Positions 42,956-51,452 of a DNA stretch of 56,288 nucleotides are shown piece after piece. Where the stretch lies: the NCBI GenBank assembly GCA_041675185.1, contig JBAYUH010000003.1, positions 1 to 56,288 on the forward strand. Direction: 5' to 3'. The DNA comes from Candidatus Magasanikiibacteriota bacterium (GTDB taxonomy: Bacteria > Patescibacteriota > Patescibacteriia > Magasanikbacterales > UBA922). The notes beneath the pieces were generated by a model. That model had not been told where the DNA came from and ran no database searches. It saw only the letters and a list, made by a program, of their open reading frames with translations. Numbering within the stretch: position 1 is the first letter of the stretch; each line of letters opens with the position of its first letter. The position numbers and the translations under genes were made by a program.

Positions 42956-43033
42956 GGCTTACAAAGCTTACAAGGCTCACAAGGCTTACATTCTGCCTTG
43001 TAAGCTTCGTAAGCCTTGTAAGCCTTGTATAAG
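42956..43033. repeat. word-hairpin (9-nt words ggcttacaa / ccttgtaag)
   Basis: Four tandem cttacaa-type words are followed by four copies of their complement around the loop ttct. Confidence 0.85.
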
Positions 43034-43041
43034 CTTTTACT

Positions 43042-43578
43042 ATGCCAAAACATCTAGAAAAAATATCAGAGGAAATTCTAAATAAAAATCCTTGGTCTAC
43101 TTATAAGCATGATAGATATATCAAGCCAAACGGTAAAGAGGGTGATTATTTTTATATGGAAATTTTGGGTGGTTCAGCAATGGTTGTTGCGGTTATGCCA
43201 AACGATAGTATAGTTTTGACATTACAGCATAGATATTTGGCAGATAAACAAAGTATAGAGTTTCCAGCTGGGCGCAGGAAAGCGGGACAGACTTCATTGG
43301 ATGTGGCCAAAATAGAACTTTTGGAAGAAACAGGTTGCATTGCTGATGAAATTATAAAGATAGGTGTTTTTGAAAGTTCACCTTCTAGTATAAAAGATGA
43401 AATACATGTTTATTTGGCTCATGTTTTTGAACAAAGAGATCAAAAATTAGATGACTCAGAAGAAATTGATATTTTGTATCGTAGACCAGATGAAATTGAT
43501 GAAATGATAAAAAATAATGAAATTTTCAATGGTCCAACAATGGCAGCTTGGTCACTTGTTAGACATCATTTATTATAA
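43042..43578 (+). CDS. NUDIX hydrolase (ADP-ribose pyrophosphatase-like)
   Basis: Nudix box GRRKAGQTSLDVAKIELLEETGC. Confidence 0.85.
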   Translation: MPKHLEKISEEILNKNPWSTYKHDRYIKPNGKEGDYFYMEILGGSAMVVAVMPNDSIVLTLQHRYLADKQSIEFPAGRRKAGQTSLDVAKIELLEETGCIADEIIKIGVFESSPSSIKDEIHVYLAHVFEQRDQKLDDSEEIDILYRRPDEIDEMIKNNEIFNGPTMAAWSLVRHHLL

Positions 43579-43587
43579 TAGAAAATT

Positions 43588-44592
43588 ATGAAATTACTAG
43601 TTACTGGAGGGGCTGGATTTATTGGATCAAACTTTATACATTATTGGTTAGAAAAACATCCTGAAGATGAGATTGTCAATTTCGATGTTTTGACTTACGC
43701 TGGAAATCTAGAAAATTTGAAAGATATTGAAAATAATACAAATTATAAATTTGTCAAAGGTGATATTTGTGATAGAGAGTTAGTTTTTTCTTTGGTAAAA
43801 GATGTAGATGTCGTAGTTCATTATGCGGCTGAAACTCATGTAGACAGATCTATTATGGATCCTAGCGCTTTCATACGCAGTAATGTTTTGGGTACTCAAG
43901 TTTTGCTTGATGCTGTTCGTGAGTATGATAAACGTTTTCATCATGTTTCCACGGATGAAGTTTTTGGTACTTTGAAAGATGTTGATCCAGCTTTTAATGA
44001 AAAAACACCTTATGATCCAAGAAGTCCATATAGTGCTAGTAAGGCAGCAGCTGATCATTTGGTACGGGCTTATTTTCATACCTATGAAATCAAAATGACT
44101 ATTTCCAATTGTTCAAATAATTATGGTCGTTTTATGTTTCCTGAAAAAGTTTTGCCACTTTTTATTGCCAATTTGATGGAAAACAAAAAAGTCCCTGTTT
44201 ATGGTGATGGTTTACAAATAAGAGATTGGATTCATACACTTGATCATGCTTGTGGTGTAGATATGATTTTGCAAAAAGGGAAAATAGGTGAGACATATTG
44301 TCTTGGTGGAAATAATGAATTGACCAATTTGCAACTTACAAAAACTTTATTAAAAATAATGAGCAAAGATGAAAGTTATATTGAATATGTCAAAGATAGG
44401 CCAGGGCATGACCGTAGATACGCGATTGATTTTACCAAAGCCAAGACAGAATTGGATTGGGAACCAAAAATAAAATTTGACGATGGTCTAAAAGATATGG
44501 TAGATTGGTATAAAAATAATCAAGAATGGGTGAAAAGATGTCTGAGTGGTGAGTATCAAAAGTACTATAAAAGACAATATTTAGAACGTTGA
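43588..44592 (+). CDS. rfbB: dTDP-glucose 4,6-dehydratase
   Basis: MKLLVTGGAGFIGSNF, the YSASKAAADHLVRAY catalytic motif, and NCSNNYGRFMFPEK. Confidence 0.9.
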   Translation: MKLLVTGGAGFIGSNFIHYWLEKHPEDEIVNFDVLTYAGNLENLKDIENNTNYKFVKGDICDRELVFSLVKDVDVVVHYAAETHVDRSIMDPSAFIRSNVLGTQVLLDAVREYDKRFHHVSTDEVFGTLKDVDPAFNEKTPYDPRSPYSASKAAADHLVRAYFHTYEIKMTISNCSNNYGRFMFPEKVLPLFIANLMENKKVPVYGDGLQIRDWIHTLDHACGVDMILQKGKIGETYCLGGNNELTNLQLTKTLLKIMSKDESYIEYVKDRPGHDRRYAIDFTKAKTELDWEPKIKFDDGLKDMVDWYKNNQEWVKRCLSGEYQKYYKRQYLER

Positions 44593-44804
44593 TATTCTAG
44601 ATTTATTATTTATTTATATAAATAGGTGATTTAATTTCAAAATACAAAATCCAAATTACAAATAAAAATCAAATTTCAAATATTAAAATTATTTTGTCAT
44701 TTAAAATTTTGGATTTGATTTGAAATTTGAGCTTTGAAATTTGTCATTATAAATAATTTGTAAACCAGCCAACTAACACTAATTAAATGACTAACTAATT
44801 TTTT

Positions 44805-45680
44805 ATGAAGATTTTGATAATAGGCAATGGTTATGTGGGTAACCGTTGTAAAGAAACCTGGGGAGAAGAAGCTGTTATTGCTAATGGCCATGTAAACTCC
44901 AAAGAAGATGTCTTGGAACTTTTGGATAAATACAAACCAGATGCAGTATTGAATGCAGCTGGTGTTACTGGTAAGCCAAATGTAGATTGGTGTGAAAATC
45001 ATCAGTTGGAGACGATTGTTGGTAATACCAAATTGCCAATTACTATTGCTGAGGGTTGTCAGGAAAGAGGAGTGTATCTTCTTCATATTGGTTCTGGTTG
45101 TATTTTTTATGGTGATTCAAATCATGAGGACAAAAAATGGCGAGAAAGTGATATGGGAAATCCAACAGAAGTCACTTATTCTAGAACAAAGTGGGCAGCT
45201 GATTTAGTTTTATCAACATTAGATAATGTAGGAATTGCCAGGATTCGTATGCCAATTGATTGGATGCCAGCACCAAGAAATCTGATAGACAAAATTACGA
45301 CTTATCCAAAAGTAATTGATGTGGAAAATAGTGTAACTATTGTAGATGATTTGATAGATGTTTTTCACCAATTGCTTGAGAAAAAAGCCAAAGGAATTTT
45401 TCATGTTACCAATCCTGGAACACTCAAACATAGAGAAACAATTGCTTTGTATGAAGAATTGGTTGATCCTAAACATAAAAATGAATGGATTACTAATGAT
45501 GATTTGGTCAAACAAGGTCTAGCCATAAAAACAAGATCAAATAATTTCTTAGCATCAGAAAATTTGGCAAAAATTGGTATACATATGCGAGATGTGCATG
45601 TTGCTATACGTGATACTATGGAAAAGTATGCTAAAGCAAAAAAAGAAAGTAAGAGTAGTACAACAGGACCAACTTGTTAA
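44805..45680 (+). CDS. NRS/ER-type 4-keto-6-deoxyglucose 3,5-epimerase/4-reductase-like protein (RmlD-superfamily)
   Basis: NAAGVTGKPNVDWCENHQLETI, GSGCIFYGD, YSRTKW, IRMPIDWMPAPRNLIDKITTYPKVIDVENSVTI and NPGTLKH closely follow, from memory, the pattern of plant/viral NRS/ER (UER1-like) enzymes rather than classical bacterial RmlD. Confidence 0.7.
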   Translation: MKILIIGNGYVGNRCKETWGEEAVIANGHVNSKEDVLELLDKYKPDAVLNAAGVTGKPNVDWCENHQLETIVGNTKLPITIAEGCQERGVYLLHIGSGCIFYGDSNHEDKKWRESDMGNPTEVTYSRTKWAADLVLSTLDNVGIARIRMPIDWMPAPRNLIDKITTYPKVIDVENSVTIVDDLIDVFHQLLEKKAKGIFHVTNPGTLKHRETIALYEELVDPKHKNEWITNDDLVKQGLAIKTRSNNFLASENLAKIGIHMRDVHVAIRDTMEKYAKAKKESKSSTTGPTC

Positions 45681-45697
45681 ATAAATTTGTTCATTTG

Positions 45698-45725
45698 AAA
45701 CAACTCTCAAAAAGAGTTGTTTTTT
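45698..45725 (+). terminator. rho-independent terminator
   Basis: aaacaactct / agagttgttt 10-bp stem, 5-nt loop and a T-run. Confidence 0.8.
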
Positions 45726-45768
45726 GACTTGATTTTTCCTTCAAAATAAGCTAGTATAAGAGATATCT

Positions 45769-46623
45769 ATGAAGTTATCTATAATTACTGTCACTTGGAA
45801 TAATGAACTACAAATTGCTAGACAGCTCAAGTCAGTGATTTCTGGTTGTAAAAATATTAGTTTTGAACAAATCGTGGTGGACAATGCTTCCAAAGATAGA
45901 ACTGTAGAAATTGCCAAATCAGTGCCAAATGTCAAAGTGATTGTAAATACAGAAAATACTGGTTTTGCTCATGCCAATAATCAGGGTATGGAAATTAGTA
46001 CTGGTGAATATTTGCTTTTCCTCAATGCTGATATGAAAGTAGAAGAGGGAAGTATTGACACAATAGTTAATTGGTTAGAAAATAGAAAAGATGTTGGTAT
46101 TGTTAGTCCAAAATTAGTAGATGAAAATGGTAAATTAAATGAAGACGCTAAACCAAGAAGATTGCCTCGTGTTTGGGAACAAATTGCTTTAATTTTGAAA
46201 TTGCCACATTTGTTTCCTAATATTTTGGATAAATATTTGATGAAAGATTTTGATAGTGAAAAAGAACAAGAAGTAGATTCTGTACGTGGTTCGTTTATGC
46301 TAATGAGAAGAAGTGTGGTTGAAAAACTTGGCTTTGCTTTTGATCCGAGATATTATATTTGGTATGAAGATGTAGATATTTGTCGGGAAGTAAAAAAGAT
46401 GGGTTTAAAAGTTGTTTATAGTCCAATGATTAGTGCTATAGATTATGTTGGACAAAGTTTCAAGAAGCAAGAAAGTCTATGGAAGCAAAAGAATTTTACG
46501 AGAAGTATGCTGACTTATTTTCAAAAATGGGAACCATTTTATAAATGGATGTGGATTTGGTTGGTAAGGCCAGTGGGAATTGTAATGGTATATTTAGTTA
46601 ATAAATTTAATAATTCAAAATAA
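45769..46623 (+). CDS. glycosyltransferase family 2
   Basis: LSIITVTWNN, NTGFAHANNQG and LFLNADM motifs. Confidence 0.85.
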   Translation: MKLSIITVTWNNELQIARQLKSVISGCKNISFEQIVVDNASKDRTVEIAKSVPNVKVIVNTENTGFAHANNQGMEISTGEYLLFLNADMKVEEGSIDTIVNWLENRKDVGIVSPKLVDENGKLNEDAKPRRLPRVWEQIALILKLPHLFPNILDKYLMKDFDSEKEQEVDSVRGSFMLMRRSVVEKLGFAFDPRYYIWYEDVDICREVKKMGLKVVYSPMISAIDYVGQSFKKQESLWKQKNFTRSMLTYFQKWEPFYKWMWIWLVRPVGIVMVYLVNKFNNSK

Positions 46624-46741
46624 ACAAATAAAAATAAACAAATTCCAAATAAATTACAATAAACAATATAAAAATTTTGGAATTTGTGGTTTGTTTATTA
46701 TTTGGAATTTGTAATTTTAGTATTGTATATTTATCTATATT

Positions 46742-47821
46742 ATGTCACAAAAATTATCAATTCATTTAGTAACTTGGAATGGTGCAAAATATATTCCTTA
46801 TCTTTTTGATTCTCTAAAAAAACAGACATTCAAAGATTGGAAATTGTATATCTGGGAAAATGCTTCAAGTGATAATACAAAAGAATTGATAAAAAAAGAA
46901 TTGGAAAATTTTGATATTCCTAACGAATTTTTTGAAAGTGAAAAAAATTTGGGTTTTGCAGGTGGACACAATGAACTTTATAGAGGGATGGGGAATGAGG
47001 AAAGTGGAATGAGTGAATATTTTCTTTTACTTAATCAAGATATGTACTTGATGCCAGATGCTTTTGAAAAAATGGTAAAGTTTTTGGATGAAAATGAAGA
47101 TGTCGCAGTAGTCACACCTAGACTAATGAAGTGGAATTTTTTAGATGTTGAAACAGATTTTGCCGAAAGTTTGACTAATAGGATTGATGCATTGGGACTA
47201 AAAGTTTTGCGTAATAGACGAGTGATAGAAAAATATGTTGGAAAAGATTGGGATGAAAAGAAAGCTAAAATGGAATTATCTTTCAGAATGCGTGGAGAGG
47301 CTTTAGAGGTTTTTGGAGTTTCTGGGTCTTTGCCAATGTATAGAAGAGAGTGTATCAAGCAAGTAGAATTTTCTGATGGTAATTTTTTTGATAATTTGTA
47401 TGAATCATACAAAGAAGATGTTGATTTGTCTTGGCGTTTGAGAATTTCTGGTTTCAAATCTTTTGTATTGTTGGACACTGTAACCTATCATGATCGATCA
47501 GCTCAAGCTCAGGAAAGATTGGGTGATACAGCTACTATAGAAAACAAGAAGAAACAATCTCAGTGGATCAAATATCATAGTTACAAAAATCACTTGATGA
47601 CACTTTATAAAAATGAATATTTAGAAAACTATCTACTTGATTTTTTGTGGATAAAATGGTATGAATTAAAGAAGTTTATTTTTCTTTTGTTTTTTGATAG
47701 AAATGTTTTGAAAGGTTTGTTGGTTATTTGGAAAAATAGGAAGCTACTAAAAACTCGTAGAGAAGAAATAAAAAAAATGAGAAAAGTTAGTTATAAGGAA
47801 TTGAGAAAATGGTGGAGTTGA
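46742..47821 (+). CDS. glycosyltransferase family 2
   Basis: LSIHLVTWNG, NLGFAGGHNE and LLLNQDM motifs. Contains an in-frame copy of the ggaatgagg word repeat at 46985-47018. Confidence 0.85.
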   Translation: MSQKLSIHLVTWNGAKYIPYLFDSLKKQTFKDWKLYIWENASSDNTKELIKKELENFDIPNEFFESEKNLGFAGGHNELYRGMGNEESGMSEYFLLLNQDMYLMPDAFEKMVKFLDENEDVAVVTPRLMKWNFLDVETDFAESLTNRIDALGLKVLRNRRVIEKYVGKDWDEKKAKMELSFRMRGEALEVFGVSGSLPMYRRECIKQVEFSDGNFFDNLYESYKEDVDLSWRLRISGFKSFVLLDTVTYHDRSAQAQERLGDTATIENKKKQSQWIKYHSYKNHLMTLYKNEYLENYLLDFLWIKWYELKKFIFLLFFDRNVLKGLLVIWKNRKLLKTRREEIKKMRKVSYKELRKWWS

Positions 47822-47908
47822 AAAAGGCTTGAAATGCCTGAAATGCTTGAAAGGCTTAAAAAGCTTTTCTGGCCTTTCAAGCTTTTTTAGCTTTTTAAGC
47901 CTTTTATT

Positions 47909-48757
47909 GTGAAAGATATAAATATAGTATTTGTAAACTACAAAAGAAAAGATGATATATCTCTAGCTATTTCATCTTTGTTTTCAGATATACAAGATTG
48001 CAAATATGATGTGCAAATTACTGTGGTAGACAATTCTTTGAATGAAGATAAAATAAAAGAAGAATTGAATAGTAAATTTTCAAAAGTAAATTATATAGAT
48101 GCTCTTGGTAATGTGGGTTTTGGTAAAGGTAATAATCTTGGTTTCAAATCTTGTGAGGCTCGTTATTATTTTGCTCTGAATCCAGATGTTATTATACCGC
48201 AAAATTCTAGAACAATTGAAAGAATCGTAGAGTTTATGGACAAAAATCCAAGGATTGCTTGTATTGGTCCTAAATTATTAAACATGGATGGTAGTCTGCA
48301 ATATACTTGTTATCGTTTTGATTTGGCTTCAATACTTATAAAACCTTTGAAACAAATAAATTTTGATAAGAAATACAAATGGGTCAAAAAACATGCTGAC
48401 AAATTGGAAATGAAGGATTTTGATCATAATTCTACCAGACCTGTTGATTGGGTTTTGGGAGCTGCTATGGTTGTTCGTAAAGAAATCACTGATGAGATTG
48501 GTTTCTTTGACGAAAGATATTTCATGTATTTGGAAGATGCTGATTGGTGTCATCAAATGTGGGAAAAACAATATCCAGTATATTATGTCCATGACATTGT
48601 GATAAATCATGTACATACTAGAGAATCTGCCAAAGTTCCTGGAATTTTCAAAGCAATATTCAAAAATAAATTGGCACGTATTCATGCTAATAGTTGGTTC
48701 AAGTATATGTGGAAGTGGCGATATAGCCATAAATTTTATCAGACTTCATTTCGATGA
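47909..48757 (+). CDS. glycosyltransferase family 2
   Basis: INIVFVNYKR, NVGFGKGNNLG and ALNPDV motifs. GTG start. Confidence 0.8.
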   Translation: MKDINIVFVNYKRKDDISLAISSLFSDIQDCKYDVQITVVDNSLNEDKIKEELNSKFSKVNYIDALGNVGFGKGNNLGFKSCEARYYFALNPDVIIPQNSRTIERIVEFMDKNPRIACIGPKLLNMDGSLQYTCYRFDLASILIKPLKQINFDKKYKWVKKHADKLEMKDFDHNSTRPVDWVLGAAMVVRKEITDEIGFFDERYFMYLEDADWCHQMWEKQYPVYYVHDIVINHVHTRESAKVPGIFKAIFKNKLARIHANSWFKYMWKWRYSHKFYQTSFR

Positions 48758-48792
48758 GGAGAGAAACAATTAAGATTAAATAAATAATTTTT

Positions 48793-49896
48793 ATGCAAAA
48801 TTATCCAAAAATAGCCATAGTGTATTTACTTTATTATCATAATGAATCTTATGTAGATAATTTAGTTTCTGCTCTTAAGAAAATTACTTATCCAAAAGAT
48901 AAAGTAGAGTTGGTTATTGTTTCCAATCAGCATGAAAAAGATGGTAGCTTTATTCATTATATAAATGATACTGTAATGTCTTTGTCTGGTTCTGAAATAC
49001 CCCATACAACCATTATTACCAACAAAGAAAATTTGGGTTTTGCTGTTGGTAATAATCAAGGAGCAGAGTGGGCAGTAAAAAATAATTTTGATTATGTTTT
49101 CTTTCATAATAATGATGGGTTTTTTGCTACCAATGCGCTTGAACCTTTGGTAGAAACTTTGGAAGCTGACAAACAGATTGCTATTGCACAATCTCTTCTT
49201 TTGCTTCATCCAGAAACTGAGCTTATCAATAGCACTGGAAATTCTTTTCATTATCTCGGTCTTGGTTTTTGTAATGATTACAGAAAAAAAATTAAAGATG
49301 TTGTGTTACCAAAAATAAAAGAAATAGATTATGCTAGTGGTGCTGCTTTTATGATTAGTACAGAGCTTATCAGAAAATATGGGGCTTGGGATGCTGATTT
49401 TTATATTTATCATGAAGATTTGGATTGGGGACTTCGTATGAGAAGTTTGGGATACAAAATTGTCTTAGTTAGAGATTCTATTTTTTATCATCAATATCAA
49501 TTTTCTAGAAGTATTATGAAATTTTTTTGGATGGAAAGAAATCGTTATGCTGTTATGCTTATGTATTTCAAATGGCTAACACTTTTGTTTTTGTTGCCAA
49601 TTGCTATTTGTTTGGAATTAGGACTTTGGTTATTTAGTTTCAAAAATGGTTATGCAAGTAAAAGATGGGAAGTGTATAAGTATTGGTTGAATTTCAAAAA
49701 CTGGTCTATTTGGTTTAAGAAAAGAAAAATTATTCAACAGAATAGAAAAGTAAGTGATAGAGAAATGTTGAGTCATAGTGTGTCAGAAATTGTCTTTCAA
49801 GATGCTTCTACTGATAATTTTTTGGTCAATTATCTTGCCAATCCTATAATGAAGTTGTATTATTATGTAGTTGTGAAAGGTCTGATTTGGTGGTAA
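48793..49896 (+). CDS. glycosyltransferase family 2 with C-terminal membrane segment
   Basis: IAIVYLLYYHNE, NLGFAVGNNQG, FFHNNDG and HEDLDWGLRM motifs. Two TM helices near the C-terminus. Confidence 0.8.
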   Translation: MQNYPKIAIVYLLYYHNESYVDNLVSALKKITYPKDKVELVIVSNQHEKDGSFIHYINDTVMSLSGSEIPHTTIITNKENLGFAVGNNQGAEWAVKNNFDYVFFHNNDGFFATNALEPLVETLEADKQIAIAQSLLLLHPETELINSTGNSFHYLGLGFCNDYRKKIKDVVLPKIKEIDYASGAAFMISTELIRKYGAWDADFYIYHEDLDWGLRMRSLGYKIVLVRDSIFYHQYQFSRSIMKFFWMERNRYAVMLMYFKWLTLLFLLPIAICLELGLWLFSFKNGYASKRWEVYKYWLNFKNWSIWFKKRKIIQQNRKVSDREMLSHSVSEIVFQDASTDNFLVNYLANPIMKLYYYVVVKGLIWW

Positions 49897-49933
49897 ACAT
49901 TGATTGCACTGATTTTAAATGATTTCACTGATT

Positions 49934-50326
49934 ATGTATAAAGAGAGTGATTTAACAAGAAAAATAATTGGTATAGCCATGAAAATACATCGTGAGATCG
50001 GTCCTGGATTTCAAGAAAAGATGTATCATAAAGCTATGATTTTAGATTTAGAAAAGGAAGGTTTGGTAGTTTGTAGTGAAAAAGAATTTGATGTAATATA
50101 TCAGAATGAATGTGTGGGTACTTTCAGATTGGATCTGGTGGTTGAAGGAAAGATTGTCATTGAATTAAAAGCTGTTTCAGGAGAAATTCCAAAATTATTT
50201 TATTCACAAACAATTTCTTACCTAAAAGCAAGTGGTTTGGAAATAGGCCTATTAATTAATTTTTGTAATGATAGTCTTGATATAAAACGTTTTGCAAATT
50301 ATAAAAATTTTAAACAAGGTAATTAA
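49934..50326 (+). CDS. GxxExxY protein (PD-(D/E)XK-like fold family)
   Basis: IIGIAMKIHREIGPGFQEKMYHKAM (the GxxExxY signature reads GFQEKMY) and DLVVEGKIVIELKAV. An alternative ATG lies at 49919. Confidence 0.75.
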   Translation: MYKESDLTRKIIGIAMKIHREIGPGFQEKMYHKAMILDLEKEGLVVCSEKEFDVIYQNECVGTFRLDLVVEGKIVIELKAVSGEIPKLFYSQTISYLKASGLEIGLLINFCNDSLDIKRFANYKNFKQGN

Positions 50327-50366
50327 TTTCAGTGGAATCTTTTAAAATCAGTGTAATCAATGTTAT

Positions 50367-51452
50367 ATGAAAATAAAAAAAGCAATACTTACTGGTGGGG
50401 GAAGAGCAACAAGACTTCATCCTATCACTACTACAATCAATAAACATTTACTACCTTTGGCAAATAAGCCCATGATTTTTCATGCTATTGAAAAAGCTAT
50501 TGAAGCTGGTATTGAAGAAATTTTTATCAATACTAATCCTGGTGAAAAAGATTTGGAAAATTTTATTGGAGATGGTGGTCATTGGGGAATAAAAATAAAA
50601 TTTTTTGAACAGACTGGTGGGCCACAAGGTATTGCTCATGTGGTGAATGAAGCTAAGAAATTTATTGGGGACGAACCTTTCATGTTTTATTTGTCAGACA
50701 ATGTAATACTTGGTAGCATCAAACCAATGTTTGAAGAATTTGAAAACGGTAAGTTTGATTGTATGTTGGCTTTGTCAGAAGTCCCAGATCCACAAAGATT
50801 TGGTGTACCAATTTTTGATGAAAATAAAAAATTAATAGATGTTTTGGAAAAGCCAGCTAATCCACAAAATAATTTTGCTGTTACTGGTATTTATTTGTAC
50901 GGACCAAAAATATTTTTTGAAGCTTTCCAAAATATTGAAAAAAGTGATAGAGGAGAATATGAGATTTCTAGTATTCATTCTAATTTTTTGAAAAATAATA
51001 AAAATGTTGGTTACAAAGAAATAACTGGTTGGTGGAAAGATACTGGTAAAATAGAAGATTTGTTGATTGCCAATCGTCTTTTGTTGGAAGAAATGTCACA
51101 CACTAATTTTCCTAATCACGGTACTGTAGAAGATGGTGTGCAAATAAAAGGTAAAGTTCATATCGGTCTAGGTTCTAGAGTAGCCAAAGATGTAATTTTG
51201 GATGGACCAGTAATTATTGGTGAAAACTGTATTTTGTCCAATTGCAAAATTGGTCCTAATACTACTATTGGTTCTGGTTGTGAAATAAAAAATGTTACTA
51301 TAAAAGATTCTATTATTTTGGACAATACTTTTATTGACGTAGATTTATTTATAGTAAATAGTCTGATTGGCAAAAATGTGAAGATTATAAAAAAATCTAC
51401 CACAGATGGTAGAAACATGCTTATAGGTGATAAGACAATTGTAGAAATCTAG
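50367..51452 (+). CDS. sugar-1-phosphate nucleotidyltransferase, long form with C-terminal left-handed beta-helix (glucose-1-phosphate thymidylyltransferase-like)
   Basis: KAILTGGGRATRLHPITTTINKHLLPLANKPMI N-terminus. C-terminal hexapeptide-like repeats (IGENCILSNCKIGPNTTIGSGCEI). Confidence 0.8.
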   Translation: MKIKKAILTGGGRATRLHPITTTINKHLLPLANKPMIFHAIEKAIEAGIEEIFINTNPGEKDLENFIGDGGHWGIKIKFFEQTGGPQGIAHVVNEAKKFIGDEPFMFYLSDNVILGSIKPMFEEFENGKFDCMLALSEVPDPQRFGVPIFDENKKLIDVLEKPANPQNNFAVTGIYLYGPKIFFEAFQNIEKSDRGEYEISSIHSNFLKNNKNVGYKEITGWWKDTGKIEDLLIANRLLLEEMSHTNFPNHGTVEDGVQIKGKVHIGLGSRVAKDVILDGPVIIGENCILSNCKIGPNTTIGSGCEIKNVTIKDSIILDNTFIDVDLFIVNSLIGKNVKIIKKSTTDGRNMLIGDKTIVEI

